Positions 51,059 through 64,000 of a stretch of DNA of 64,000 bases are shown piece after piece. Numbering within the stretch: the first letter of the stretch is position 1; each line of letters starts with the position of its first letter. The translations under genes and the position numbers were made by a program. The DNA comes from Octopus bimaculoides (Eukaryota). The notes under the pieces were generated by a model that made no database searches, was not told the DNA's origin, and saw nothing but the letters and a program-made list of their open reading frames with translations. Where the stretch lies: contig NC_068996.1 of NCBI RefSeq assembly GCF_001194135.2, positions 22,415,683 to 22,479,682 of the forward strand. Reading direction: 5' to 3'.

Positions 51059-51188
51059 ACTTGTTCAAACCATGAAAACGCAAATGTTTGCTGAAAGAAA
51101 GATAAAAGACTCCATTCAAACTGGATACTTCATGATCAGAAAGAGATCGGAAATTTTGATACACACACATACACAAATGTGTGTGTGT

Positions 51189-51189
<1 letters not shown>

Positions 51190-51253
<64 letters not shown>

Positions 51254-51265
51254 AAGAGAGAGAGG
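51190..51265. repeat. (GA)n microsatellite
   Basis: Direct. Confidence 0.95.
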
Positions 51266-51807
51266 GAGGTGAATAGGAGAGAAAAGAGAGAATACTTTAT
51301 AAAGTATTATATAAAACACGTATAAACAAAAATTGACATTCCCTATTTGTTTCTATCACTGGACTGCGGCCATACACAAACACTAGCTCAGTCTATCTTC
51401 ATTTTATCTTTGTTATATGTCGACAGATAACAGGATATGAGGGAAAAAAAAAACAGACTACAGACTCTCTCGCCCTCTCATACACACATATACGACCAGC
51501 TTCATACATCTACTAAATTCCACTTACAAGATAAACCTGAGGTTACATTTTGCCTAAGGTGCTGCGTAGTGGAATCGATACCGGAACCACATGGTTGCGA
51601 AAGGAACTTCTTAACCGTAGTCATATATATATTGCCTTCGAAACACGGAGTAGATGAAATAGGGACAACTGACGAAGGGGTATACTCTTTATGTTGCACG
51701 TCTCGTTTCTCTGTTGGCTTTTTTCGTTGTTCGAATAAAGTTTGTTGTGTTTAACGTTTTTTTAATGTCCTGTACCCATATATGCATGCACACATATATA
51801 TAAAATC

Positions 51808-53313
51808 GGGGTTAATGCAGTTTCGCACCTCTCATTGAAAAATGCATTGTTTTGAAAAGTTTTTTTTCTTCAGATTCCTACGTTTTAGATGTCGGAGATT
51901 ACGAATATGCAAAATAAATTAATAAATAACACCCCCAACACCACTTCCCCCTCCCATTTACAATTTTGAACTTTTTCGAAATTTTTTTCCCCTCATGTTT
52001 TAGATGACAGAGATTCTAGATATGCAAGAAACCACGTTTTGAAACTTTTAAATTCAATAAGCATATAGACAGGTATATAATGAGATACAGATAAATAGAT
52101 AGATAGATAGGTAGGTAGGTAGATATAGATCGATAGATAGATAGATATAGATAGATCGATAGGTAGATAGATATAGATAGATCGATAGATAGATAGATAT
52201 AGATAGATCGATAGATAGATAGATATAGATAGATCGATAGGTAGATAGATATAGATAGANNNNNNNNNNCGATAGATAGATAGATATAGATAGATCGATA
52301 GGTAGATAGATATAGATAGATCGATAGGTAGATAGATATAGATAGATCGATAGATAGATAGATATAGATAGATCGATAGATAGATAGATCGATAGATAGA
52401 TCGATAGATAGATAGATCGATAGGTAGATAGATATACATTTCTTTTATTAGCCACACAGGGCTCAACGAAGATGGGACAAATACAATGTAGAGCTTTTCT
52501 TTTTGGGAGGGGGAAGGAAGGAAAAANNNNNNNNNNNNNNNNNNNNNNNNNNNNNNNNNNNNNNNNNNNNNNNNNNNNNNNNNNNNNNNNNNNNNNNNNN
52601 NNNNNNNNNNNNNNNNNNNNNNNNNNNNNNNNNNNNNNNNNNNNNNNNNNNNNNNNNNNNNNNNNNNNNNNNNNNNNNNNNNNNNNNNNNNNNNNNNNNN
52701 NNNNNNNNNNNNNNNNNNNNNNNNNNNNNNNNNNNNNNNNNNNNNNNNNNNNNNNNNNNNNNNNNNNNNNNNNNNNNNNNNNNNNNNNNNNNNNNNNNNN
52801 NNNNNNNNNNNNNNNNNNNNNNNNNNNNNNNNNNNNNNNNNNNNNNNNNNNNNNNNNNNNNNNNNNNNNNNNNNNNNNNNNNNNNNNNNNNNNNNNNNNN
52901 NNNNNNNNNNNNNNNNNNNNNNNNNNNNNNNNNNNNNNNNNNNNNNNNNNNNNNNNNNNNNNNNNNNNNNNNNNNNNNNNNNNNNNNNNNNNNNNNNNNN
53001 NNNNNNNNNNNNNNNNNNNNNNNNNNNNNNNNNNNNNNNNNNNNNNNNNNNNNNNNNNNNNNNNNNNNNNNNNNNNNNNNNNNNNNNNNNNNNNNNNNNN
53101 NNNNNNNNNNNNNNNNNNNNNNNNNNNNNNNNNNNNNNNNNNNNNNNNNNNNNNNNNNNNNNNNNNNNNNNNNNNNNNNNNNNNNNNNNNNNNNNNNNNN
53201 NNNNNNNNNNNNNNNNNNNNNNNNGGTAGATAGATATAGATAGATCGATAGGTAGATAGATATAGATAGATCGATAGGTAGATAGATATAGATAGATCGA
53301 TAGATAGGTAGAT

Positions 53314-53348
<35 letters not shown>

Positions 53349-53928
53349 TAGATAGATAGATAGATATGAAAGTCTTCCTGGGGCTAAAAACAACAGTAAC
53401 ACCGCCACATTTAGTTGACAAATATATTCTATGAATAAATGGATAGGAATAAATAGACAGACAAATAAATAAATGGATGAAAAAGTTCAAAATTTAAAAT
53501 TGGGGGAGGAGTGAAATTTGAGCCCCTTAAACTTTATAACATTAATTATTAAATATTAATGTTTCTTTCTCATAAAATGGTGTATATTTAAATTTAATTT
53601 GTCAAAATATTTGTCAGTGAACAGGTCGCGGTCTCAAAGCGGTGTATATTTAATTTACATTATATTATTTACGATTATTTAAGGAAAACACAAGTAAAAC
53701 GCAAATTCTTTCCACTTTAATGTTTTCGTCTGTATTTAATTTCGATTTGCATATGTTCATCAATTCGCTTTCTCTTTAAAGTAAACAAAATTAGGGGGGG
53801 GGGGAGTTAAAAAATTTTTTTTTTTGGCATATTCGTAATCTCCAACATCTAAAACATAGGAATACAAAAAAAGTTAAAAAAAAAAAAAATGCATTTTTCA
53901 AGGACAGGTGCGAAACTGCATTAGCCCC
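51808..53928. mobile_element. Non-autonomous DNA transposon, ~110-bp TIRs, 5-bp TSD AAATC
   Basis: aaatc|ggggttaatgcagtttcgcacc ... ggtgcgaaactgcattagcccc|aaatc; similarity continues to ttttagatgtcggagattacgaatatgc / gcatattcgtaatctccaacatctaaaa. Confidence 0.88.
52090..53365. repeat. Complex (ATAG/ATCG/AT) satellite, interrupted by a unique insert and a gap
   Basis: Direct. Confidence 0.9.
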
Positions 53929-54384
53929 AAATCTTAGTTTCGTGATTACTGTTATTCAGTTTCGGTACTATAACTAAATGCAGAGTGGAAATTCTTATTA
54001 TTTTTAAGAATTCATACGTAACGAGAAACACACACAATACATTACATATCAAAACACATTACATATAAAAATTACATATATTTATCATTAGTATCTACAA
54101 AAATAAGATGCTGAAGATGCGCGTGTAATAAATTTAACAGTGATCTTTAGAGAACTGATGTGTAATTAACGAAAAAGACACATACATATAAAACATTGAG
54201 AGACTTTAAAAAAAAGTTTAATATTTTAGACATTATAAGAAATCACATCACGATATATGATTGTGTATATATAACATAAATTATTTATAAGTATATACAT
54301 ACTTGTTCGAAGACCTGTTTTGAGGTTTACCGGATTCCAAAGTTAAGAGAACGGTTAGTAAACAGAAAGAGGAACCTTATCTAC

Positions 54385-54560
54385 CTGACCTCTCAATGCT
54401 TCTGCTACTGTTGTTGTTGTTGTTGTTCCGGTCAGGTGGTTTCTTTCACAGCTTTCAATCTTTCTTTCTTTCTATATTTTTTTCTCTTTGCTTCTTTTTT
54501 TTCTTCTTTCAAATACACTCCCCACTTCACGCGCTATTCCCACAATTCAACTTCCGGAAC
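54385..54560 (-). promoter_or_regulatory. Probable promoter and non-coding exon 1 of the TLDc gene
   Basis: CpG-retaining unique sequence; ETS-type CCGGAAGT at 54550-54557; donor ggtcag|gtagat at 54384; upstream of the exon 2 acceptor. Confidence 0.5.
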
Positions 54561-55106
54561 AAATTTCATTGCGTAGTAATTCTTTAGAAAAAGTGCACAA
54601 TTCAAAATACCCAACAACGACAATCTTTTGATTTTTAATTTTTCATTTAAAAAGAAAGAAAAATACGAATTATTTATCGCTCAATTAATAGACTGTCCGA
54701 AATTTCGGAATCTCCATTCAATTGTAGTGCTGTTCGTTTCGTTCGGTTGCTTCCCGAGAAGTAAATACGTGAGATTTACTTGCAGCTCAATGATAAAGTA
54801 TTTCCTACAGTTGTAGTTAGTCTTAATGAAAATGATTAGAATGCCATCTTTGTTTCGCTCTTAATGTTGACTCTTGCTCGAAAACACCCATTGGTTTTAT
54901 TTGAAATGCACCTAGATGGGACGTTGTGAGTTTTCGACTCGTATATTACCAGCAACATGCGCCTGGTCCTTGCTCCTCGTAGCTACAGGACTGTTTTTTA
55001 TATTCATGTAAGTATTGGATCTCCTTATGTACAGCATGCAGTAAAATGCTAACCGCCCATTTTGACACATTTCATTACTTGGTTCATGTATGTATGTGTA
55101 TTTGTC

Positions 55107-55163
<57 letters not shown>

Positions 55164-57228
55164 NNNNNNNNNNATAAACGAAGTTTTCCTTTCGTTTTCT
55201 TCACGCCGTTCTCTTTCATGACTTTTAATATTTCAGATCATTATTATTATTATTATTATTACTACACACTACCCGTAGTAGTTGTACTTGTCATTTGGTT
55301 TATTATTATTATTAAAATATAATGAGTATTAACATTCTATTCACTACACATTTAGCGATCCTTCAATATAATTGTGTCCACTCAGTGTTAGAGCAGTCAA
55401 TCGGATGTCGTCTGCAACATTTTATTTTCTATTTCGGGACGATCATTAAAATATCTACACCCCGCTTATATTTGTATATGCTTTAAAAAAATTTATGCTC
55501 ATCATTTCAATCTTATTAAACACACACATATCTAACAATTTCAGTTGTTCTTAGTCAATGAGAGAAATCGATCTAAACCCAAATGTCAGTTTATTACTTA
55601 CCCATTTTAATGTTAGTTGCTTGGAAATATATATCCAAATCCATATATATATATATATGTGTGTGTGTGTATAATGTGTGTGTAATGTGTATATATGTAT
55701 AACTTGTGGTTGTTGCTTTGGAATTTCTATAATTGTCTAAAATAATAATGATAATGAAAATAGAAGAGGACGAGATAAATAGACGCCAAGAAAGAGGTAG
55801 AGATAGACAGAAGATTTTTGAATCTTAAATGATAGTAATTACATCATTTTTAGTATGTTCTGATCTAATTATATATATAAGTGAAACCACTGATTAGAAT
55901 TCCTTCAGAATGACACTAGACCTGTTGAAACAATTGCCTCTCCTCCCTCCTCTCATTGCCTGTTTCCTGATAATCTCTGATATTTTTGCTGTGATAACCC
56001 TTTAGATGCGCCTGCCATTCTTGATCGCAAATGTTTCACGTGTAAAAATTTATCAGTTGCATTTATAAGTGTTGGTCTTTGGGGTCTTCCATTTTTACTT
56101 TTGCAGAGAGAAGCGCATTTCAGTTTGCCTCTTTATTTTTCTCTCTCGTCTATTCTTTCTATGTCTGTGTTGAAGATACTACGAAAAGAAAAAAGATTTG
56201 CCTGGTTATTTATTTCTAGTTCATATTTTAAGTATTCTACTCATCTATCTACATAAACGATGGCTTGCCATTATCAGAGAACACTGGCTTTGATAATACT
56301 TCAAAATATATACAAAATTTGTATTTCTGTAATTTTTTTTTTCAAAATTCAAGGGATTTACTCAAAACAATGAAAAACAAATACAAATTGTAATCGAATG
56401 GGTTTATTTTTATTTCATGTGTCACCGAAGTAAACAGATATCGAACAATATTGCAGTTTGCATATTTGGATAGATGTGCATTGTAAGGGGTAATGATAGA
56501 TTGAGAAATAAACATATATAATTCACAATTGTAAAGCTGGGTTATCTATGTTCGTTTATGTATTGTATAATCTGATACACACATATATAATCTACTTCCA
56601 GACGTATATCAATATATAATATGACTAGCATATATATATATAAACATTACCTGTTTATTTTTACCTGAAGAGCCATGTTTGAGTGAAACTAATAGTTATG
56701 TACAAACGGAACATCCTGTTATTAATAATTAGATGTAATCAACAATAATGATGCATCAGTCAGAAGAATTACAGAATATGTAGCATTGGTTACTTGTGGG
56801 CATATGTTTGTATCTTAATTGATAATCAATTTAGCTATGCATGTTTCTATGTTTACATGTATATATAAATCTATTTGTTAAGGTATGTAATCAGAAATAT
56901 AGGCTCTTAGCAGTATTTAGATAATCGTCTTTGCTTATTTATTTATTTAGTTATAATTAATAATGTCATATTGCACAAAGCTGTTGGGCGGAAATTGTGT
57001 GGGCTTTCTTCATGTATGTAGTGAAATCACTTAAATGTAGAATATATTATTCAGAGTATTTATATTTTATTTGCCGATGAGCAAATACAGTGATTCACGG
57101 CCTAGATTTTCGTGTCAAGGCACTTACCAAGCTCATTGCAATGAAAACAGCGAGGTTACAAATTTTGCTACTTATAGAAGTAGCAAGATTTGTAACCTTG
57201 TGCTGTCCAAGAAATTATTATCATTATT

Positions 57229-57432
57229 ATTGGCAGAATCGTTAGATCGCCGGATAGAATGCTTAGTGGCATTTTCCCAGATTCATTATGTGTTCTAAGT
57301 TCAAAATCCTGTCGAGATCGACTTTGCCTTTTATCCTTTCAGGGTCGATAAAATAAAGTACCGATCAAGTACTGAGGTAGATGTAATCGATTTCCTCCCA
57401 CCTCATTCCTGGCCTTGTGCCAAAATTTAAAA
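57229..57432 (+). mobile_element. OR1-type SINE
   Basis: Inverse of the 12553-12773 core. Confidence 0.75.
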
Positions 57433-58540
57433 CAATTATCATCATTCGTACCCTCCTCTGGGTTTTTTTTAATATATAACTTTGTTGAATTTCATCACCC
57501 CACATATTATCTATATTTTCCTTGTAAAACAACCAATCGTTCTACTAGTGCAGTATCGCTATTTTTAATGTTTTCCATATTTCATGACTAACCTTTTATC
57601 TATCGGCGAATTATGTTTTGTTATACTGTGTATTTTTCATGGAGTAAGGGAGAGGAATAGATGCACGGTTTGTGTTGCATTACTAATGTAAACTATCATG
57701 AAATCGTACGGGGGACATTTTGATTGTAAAATTTCAAGGTGTGGTTTTTGAAAAATTTCAGAAGCCTATCCGTATTTTATTGTTATTTTTCTTAAGTAAA
57801 TGTGTTGGAATTTGTGAGTGATTAAAAAAAAAAAAAAAATTTATTTCGATTCTTTCCAAATCAAGGTTTTCACACGGGAATCATGTTGAGAAAAAAATCT
57901 GAATTATTTCTTTAAAAGCTGTAATGGTTGTTATTTTTCTTAGAAAGCTTTTGCGCGTGTGTGTGTTTCGGAAAAGCTACTGCTACTAATAAAATACATG
58001 ATTTATTCGTACACGCTTAAAAGCTTTGTGAATAATTGGCGAAAATGGTGCAATTTTATAACTTTTTTCTTAACGGCAAAGAACCCCACCGAGTTCGACT
58101 TCGATTTTAATCCAAATACTGAGGGGTTCGATATAATCGACTACCCCTTTCTTTTTGGGGTGGGAGAGAGGGGGATCTTGTGCCTGTATAAGTCATGATA
58201 TTATTATTATTATATCAAAGAAATCGCTGTTATTCAGGACTAATAATATATTAAGTACCCGTCAAGTATTGAGGTCGATCGTATTAACTGCCCGCCGCCC
58301 CAATCAAAATTGTGCCTGCATTAGAGACAGCTATTGTTATGATCTAATTTCAAATCCTGCTGAAATTAATTTTGCTTTTCATCTTTCCAGAGTCAATAAA
58401 ATAAAATAAAACAAAAACAAAAACAGTCAAGATCTTCATTTAATCGACTAACCGCAACTAGCAGATGTGAGACCTTGTGCCTATATTATTTATCGTATGT
58501 GTGTAAGTGTATATTATATATATATATATATATATATATC

Positions 58541-58648
58541 ATAGTGGGGTAGGCCGGTTTATGGGGTTACCGTGGGTTTCTCGCTCATATGGAATTTAGC
58601 TTTACAACGTATCTTTAGACCCCAAACACTGCTGGCCTACCCACTATA
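58541..58648. mobile_element. ~108-bp MITE
   Basis: TIRs atagtggggtaggcc / ggcctacccactata next to a TA run. Confidence 0.7.
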
Positions 58649-59596
58649 ATAACTGCTCTACATCTTAGAGTATGCTTCTCCGGATTTATGTATTTCTACA
58701 AACGATATATATATATATATATATAATTTGAAANNNNNNNNNNNNNNNNNNNNNNNNNNNNNNNNNNNNNNNNNNNNNNNNNNNNNNNNNNNNNNNNNNN
58801 NNNNNNNNNNNNNNNNNNNNNNNNNNNNNNNNNNNNNNNNNNNNNNNNNNNNNNNNNNNNNNNNNNNNNNNNNNNNNNNNNNNNNNNNNNNNNNNNNNNN
58901 NNNNNNNNNNNNNNNNNNNNNNNNNNNNNNNNNNNNNNNNNNNNNNNNNNNNNNNNNNNNNNNNNNNNNNNNNNNNNNNNNNNNNNNNNNNNNNNNNNNN
59001 NNNNNNNNNNNNNNNNNNNNNNNNNNNNNNNNNNNNNNNNNNNNNNNNNNNNNNNNNNNNNNNNNNNNNNNNNNNNNNNNNNNNNNNNNNNNNNNNNNNN
59101 NNNNNNNNNNNNNNNNNNNNNNNNNNNNNNNNNNNNNNNNNNNNNNNNNNNNNNNNNNNNNNNNNNNNNNNNNNNNNNNNNNNNNNNNNNNNNNNNNNNN
59201 NNNNNNNNNNNNNNNNNNNNNNNNNNNNNNNNNNNNNNNNNNNNNNNNNNNNNNNNNNNNNNNNNNNNNNNNNNNNNNNNNNNNNNNNNNNNNNNNNNNN
59301 NNNNNNNNNNNNNNNNNNNNNNNNNNNNNNNNNNNNNNNNNNNNNNNNNNNNNNNNNNNNNNNNNNNNNNNNNNNNNNNNNNNNNNNNNNNNNNNNNNNN
59401 NNNNNNNNNNNNNNNNNNNNNNNNNNNNNNNNNNNNNNNNNNNNNNNNNNNNNNNNNNNNNNNNNNNNNNNNNNNNNNNNNNNNNNNNNNNNNNNNNNNN
59501 NNNNNNNNNNNNNNNNNNNNNNNNNNNNNNNNNNNNNNNNNNNNNNNNNNNNNNNNNNNNNNNNNNNNNNNNNNNNNNNNNNNNNNNNNNNNNNNN

Positions 59597-59642
<46 letters not shown>

Positions 59643-60649
59643 GATGTATGAGTATGTATATATGTGTGCATGAATAGAGATTTTAGAACTAGTTTTTGAT
59701 TGTTATATATATTTTAAAAACTTAACACAAACGGAAAATTCGTAGCTAATTCCTCATCAGTCAACATTAAAAAAATCCTTACGATTTTTCTACTTTAACG
59801 TTGATATTGCTCAATTTTGGTGGTGCTAGCAGTGATGAGCTACTGGGAATAGCTAACGAACATACAGGACAAGGATGGACACAAACACGACAAGATAAAA
59901 TTATACATATACAAAGAAAAAATATCGTGTAGCTGCGAGGCAGTCAATTACGGGGTGCAAAAGTAAATGAAAATGTCCTGTTGGACTGGAAATGAGAAAG
60001 AGACAGAAAGTCGGAACAACGAATGAAGTAAACAGATCATGTAGGAATATATATATTTATACAAAGATATGTGTATGTATACATACATATGTATATGTAT
60101 ACACATGTCTGTGTGCGTAATGCATGTACATGTGTATATATATATATATTTTTGGTGTATACCGGGGTATCCTTGTATCTCTTTTACAGTAAGACACATA
60201 TTTTGATCCCTCTATTAATCTTTTAACCTCATCAACTGGCACAAAGCTATCTACCTTAATCATACCCCCTCAGTCAAGAGGACTTTGCCTTACAGTGACC
60301 TGGCTGGTACTAGTGCCATAAAAAAAGTACCCAGTACAGTCTGTAAAGTGTTTCAAATTGGGACGGTTATCTAGCTGTAGATATCATGCCAAAACAGACA
60401 ATATGGCTTAGAATAGTCTTCTGGCTTGCTAGTGCTTGTCAGACTGTGCAACCTATGCCAGCATGGAAAACGGACATTAAAAGATGATGGTGATTTTATA
60501 TATATATATATCATATACACTTATATGTATAGTTAGGTTATATTCTGTTAACATAAAGCTCATCCGCCTTCAGATTTAAGCCAGTGCTGTCCAACAGTAA
60601 TGTTATACCTACTGCCAGATTTGCGTTGGGACTTCTCTACTTTGTAAAT

Positions 60650-60980
60650 GGATAATTAAATAAATTGGAGTCAAAAAGGAGAAGAGAGGAACATTTATTT
60701 GTAATCACTACAATTGTTTCCACACATCATAGTTCTCTATGTTCACAGGTATTTAGTTATGTAACCGTTTCCTTGCATTATGAGATCTTATGCTTCATCA
60801 GGTGATACATTAATATTTATACATCACCTGATGAAACACAAGATCTCATAATAACAAGGAAATAGTCACATAACTAAACACCTGAGAAGCTGGAGAACTA
60901 CGTTGTATGGAAACAATTGCAGTGATTACAAATAAATGTTCCTCTGCACTCCTTGTTGACTCCAACTTATTCACTTATAT
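60650..60980. repeat. Imperfect ~330-bp palindrome
   Basis: Centre near 60814; e.g. agaggaacatttatttgtaatcact / agtgattacaaataaatgttcctct, and catcaggtgat / atcacctgatg. Confidence 0.92.
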
Positions 60981-60991
60981 ATATATATATA

Positions 60992-62095
60992 TAGGGGTTG
61001 GACAAAATAATGGAAACTCCTTAAAATTTCAAACCTTTGCCTTTGGCAATAATTACAGCTTGAATTCTACGAGGTATGGACTCATACAAAGTTTGAATTG
61101 CTTCCAAAGGAATTTTCGTCCGTTCTTCAGCTAAGTTTCCAGTTCTTGTAGTGATGATGGAGGATATCAATTTCTTACTTGTTTTTCTAAAATGCAGCAT
61201 AAATGTTCAAGAATATTGAGATCTGGGGACTGTGGTGGCCAGATTCAACTAGAATGTTCCTCATGCCATTCAGTAACAACTTTAACTGTGTGAATTGGTG
61301 CATTATCATCCTGAAAGATTGCGTTTCCCTCCGGAAACAGTTTCGCAACCATAGGATGAATTTGATCAGATAAAATGCTTAAATAGTCTTGACTATTAAT
61401 TCTGCTGTGAAGGGAAACCATTGGTCTGGCAGATTTCCAAGATGTATCCCACCAGATCATTACAGATCCTTCTCCATGTTTAACAGTTGGAAGAAAGCAG
61501 TCTGGGTCAAATGCTTCTTTTGGCTGTCTCCACACGTATACTCGGCCGGTGGTCAGAAATAGGGTAAAGGATGACTCGTCCCAGAAAATAACATTCTTTG
61601 ACTGCTCTAGGGACCAATTCTGTAGGTTTTTACTCCACTTTAAATGCTTTGCAATGTTTGTTTTTGAAAGTAGTGGTTTTCTGATTGCAGCCCTCCCTTG
61701 AAATCCGGCTTTGTACAGCTCCCGGCAAGCAGTTTTTGTGGAAACTGGGTTCTTGAGTTGGTCATTAAACTCTGCAGTAATTTTGGGAGCTGTACTTTTG
61801 TGATACTTTCTAACAATTTGCATAAGTGTCTGATGGTTCTTATCTGAAAGTTTGATTTTCTTCCGGAGTTTTGTTTTAACAAGGAGGTTTTTCCCTCTTT
61901 CTCAAAGGCTGTCATTACTTTTGAGACAGTACTTCAAACATTTCAGTTGTTTACATTACGCTACCGCCTGCAATACGAGCACCAACAATTTGACCACTTT
62001 GAAAGTCTGATAGATCTGTCATTTTAATTACCTTTTTCTGATGATATCTGAAAAGAAACAGCAATTTTAGCAAAACGTATTAAGCAACACTAATA
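60992..62095 (-). mobile_element. Tc1-like transposon with frameshifted DDE transposase (track ORF 61245..61823)
   Basis: VIFWDESSF, PTVKHGEGSVMIW, FQDDNAPIH and downstream WPPQSPDLNILEHL; one TIR taggggttggacaaaataatggaaac in a TA run. Confidence 0.93.
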
Positions 62096-62689
62096 ATAGG
62101 GATAAAGTATGGGAAAAGGAGTTTGGGTCAAGTACATTCTTGTTATAAACAAATGACATAGCTTGTCATATTTAGGGAATAGTGCGAAGTAATACCTTTA
62201 AAGAGATAATAGTGATGATGTGGTGTCCAAGTGCCACCTCAAGATATGAGGTGAGTCGTAGTAAGGGGGAACAGAGATGTTAGGAGTTTGAAAGAGTGTT
62301 AAGGAGTGCCAAAAGATAAGGAAAAGTGGGGAGGTAGGCAACATCTGTAATATTTAGGTGTGGGAGATGGCTTGAGTTTGGGAAGGTAGAGGAATTCTTG
62401 CTAGCAACAGTATTATGTAACGGGTGTTGGACAAGAGAGGGATGACATGTTTGGATTGAGTGCAGGAAAGGGGGGAGGGAGAACAGGCATAATGCCTGAG
62501 GAAGATAATTTGTTGGTCCAGTGAGGAGAGGGGATAGGATGACAAATGTTAACCTGTAGGTGTAGAGAATAATATTAATGAAGAGTGGCTATCAAGTGAA
62601 ATGATCCTGGATAACAAGTTAGAAAAGTGGAATCAGGAGGGGTAGGAGGTAGGGTAATATGAGGAACCTATTTGTATATATATATAATG

Positions 62690-63370
62690 CATGTATAGTC
62701 CTTCAAGAAGTCAGTTTTACTGTGATGAGCAGGTTGTCTCAAAGACTTCACATGACCAGATGTTCCAGTCTTTTGTGAGGCTCTGGGGTCTTGAGGCCAG
62801 CCTGCACGACCTCATCCATATTTCATCCTCACCTTCCACCACAGCATCAGATTAGTTCCAAAACTTGGTGTAGCATTCCTCCAGTGTCCCTGGGAAGATT
62901 TTTTAACACCTCTTTGATCATGGCCACCAGCTTGGCCTTTGTGTTGCAGGCAGAGATGTTGGTGGCTTTCTCAACTATACCCCACACATAATATTCCATG
63001 AGATTACAATCAGAGGAATTAGGAAGCCAGAAATTGTGGCTAGTGAAGTAGTAGAAATTCTATGACAGTCACTTCTCTTTCTCGAGGTATGGCATGTTGT
63101 CTGTCATGCCTTATAGCCTTTACAGTGTTCTCAGAGCATTGAGCCACAGTCATGATGTTGGCATTTTGATACCCTGCATGAATCATGATACAGGTCACTC
63201 TTTTCTACTGTTCAGATGGCTTCCAGTCCTCCATGTCAGCTAACTTTTTCTCAACTACATCTTTAATCTTTATGCCCTCCTATGCTATTGACTGTTAACC
63301 AACACATCAAGCTGTTCTTCAAAAAAAGGGGACATAAAAATAATCATCAAATTTAGCCCAAACACCCTAT
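62690..63370 (-). mobile_element. Tc1/mariner-like transposase remnant
   Basis: Minus strand reads FWLPNSSDCNLMEYYVWGIVE, a variant of WPPxSPDLNPxDYxVWG. Confidence 0.7.
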
Positions 63371-63582
63371 GTAAATAGATATATGTGCGTGTATGTGTAT
63401 ATATATATATATATAATGTGTGTGTATGTATACATATGTATAAATGTGTATTTATGTATATGGTTCTAAATTATACAAAAGACAGAAACAGGTGATGCTT
63501 AGGAAGAAGTCTTTGACATGCATGTCTCACCTTTATGGTTGTTTGGAGCCCTAGAAAGATGTTCCAAATGCTCAACTGCAAC

Positions 63583-63618
<36 letters not shown>

Positions 63619-63620
<2 letters not shown>

Positions 63621-64000
63621 CGAAGTCTGATCAATAAGTATTGGGATTGTTGCCATAGTAATGAAGCTAAAGCATGCAGAGTGAAACCACTTGGCACAGA
63701 TTAACCTTAACCTCTGATGTGCATGCATTGTAGCTGACTTCTGCTGTTTACAGCGTGTGTAATGTGTGATTGTTACATTTTTGATGACAAAGTTGTTATG
63801 GCAATACCTGCTCAGAGGACTATGCAAAGTTGCAGAAAGTGTATGAGCCACACACAAGTGTACAAGTGGTTCAGGTGTTTCCAAGATGGCCGAAAAAAAT
63901 GTCAATATTGATGAACATTCTGGGAGATCTGCAACCAGCACAACTGAGAAAATCATTGCAGATGTGCGTGCAAGGGGAAATTATCAAATCACTATCCGTG
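63619..64000 (+). mobile_element. Mariner element 5' part, running off the window
   Basis: TA + cgaagtctgatcaataagta TIR; HTH HTQVYKWFRCFQDGRKNVNIDEHSGR. Confidence 0.85.

Noticed and set aside
1-64000. CRISPR array, rRNA or prokaryotic operon
   Set aside because: No regularly spaced repeat-spacer units or rRNA motifs; the sequence is intron-rich eukaryotic DNA

Overview
AT-rich eukaryotic draft-assembly DNA with five large N gaps and three 10-N gaps. The SINE families and microsatellites point to an octopus or other coleoid cephalopod; this is inferred, not searched. One multi-exon protein gene, which the ORF track does not assemble, spans most of the window on the minus strand. It has 12 coding exons (CDS 51058 to 13709), all GT-AG with matching phases, totalling 1413 nt (470 aa). 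The product has an MGNS N-terminus and a C-terminal TLDc domain of the Rtc5/mEAK7 type. Intron 2 is 18.9 kb, and a probable non-coding first exon lies near 54.4-54.55 kb. The rest is transposon debris: tRNA-headed SINEs, a (GAT)n-tailed element, mariner and Tc1 remnants, a non-autonomous Helitron, an R4/Dong-like LINE, Penelope-like fragments, hAT- and piggyBac-type MITEs, and a 2.1-kb TIR element with a 5-bp TSD. Other notable structures are two long palindromes (one with hammerhead-like cores), inverted SINE pairs around exons, and a CpG-decay gradient. No rRNA, tRNA gene, CRISPR array or novel multi-gene system is supported. No database searches were run; family calls rest on recalled motifs.
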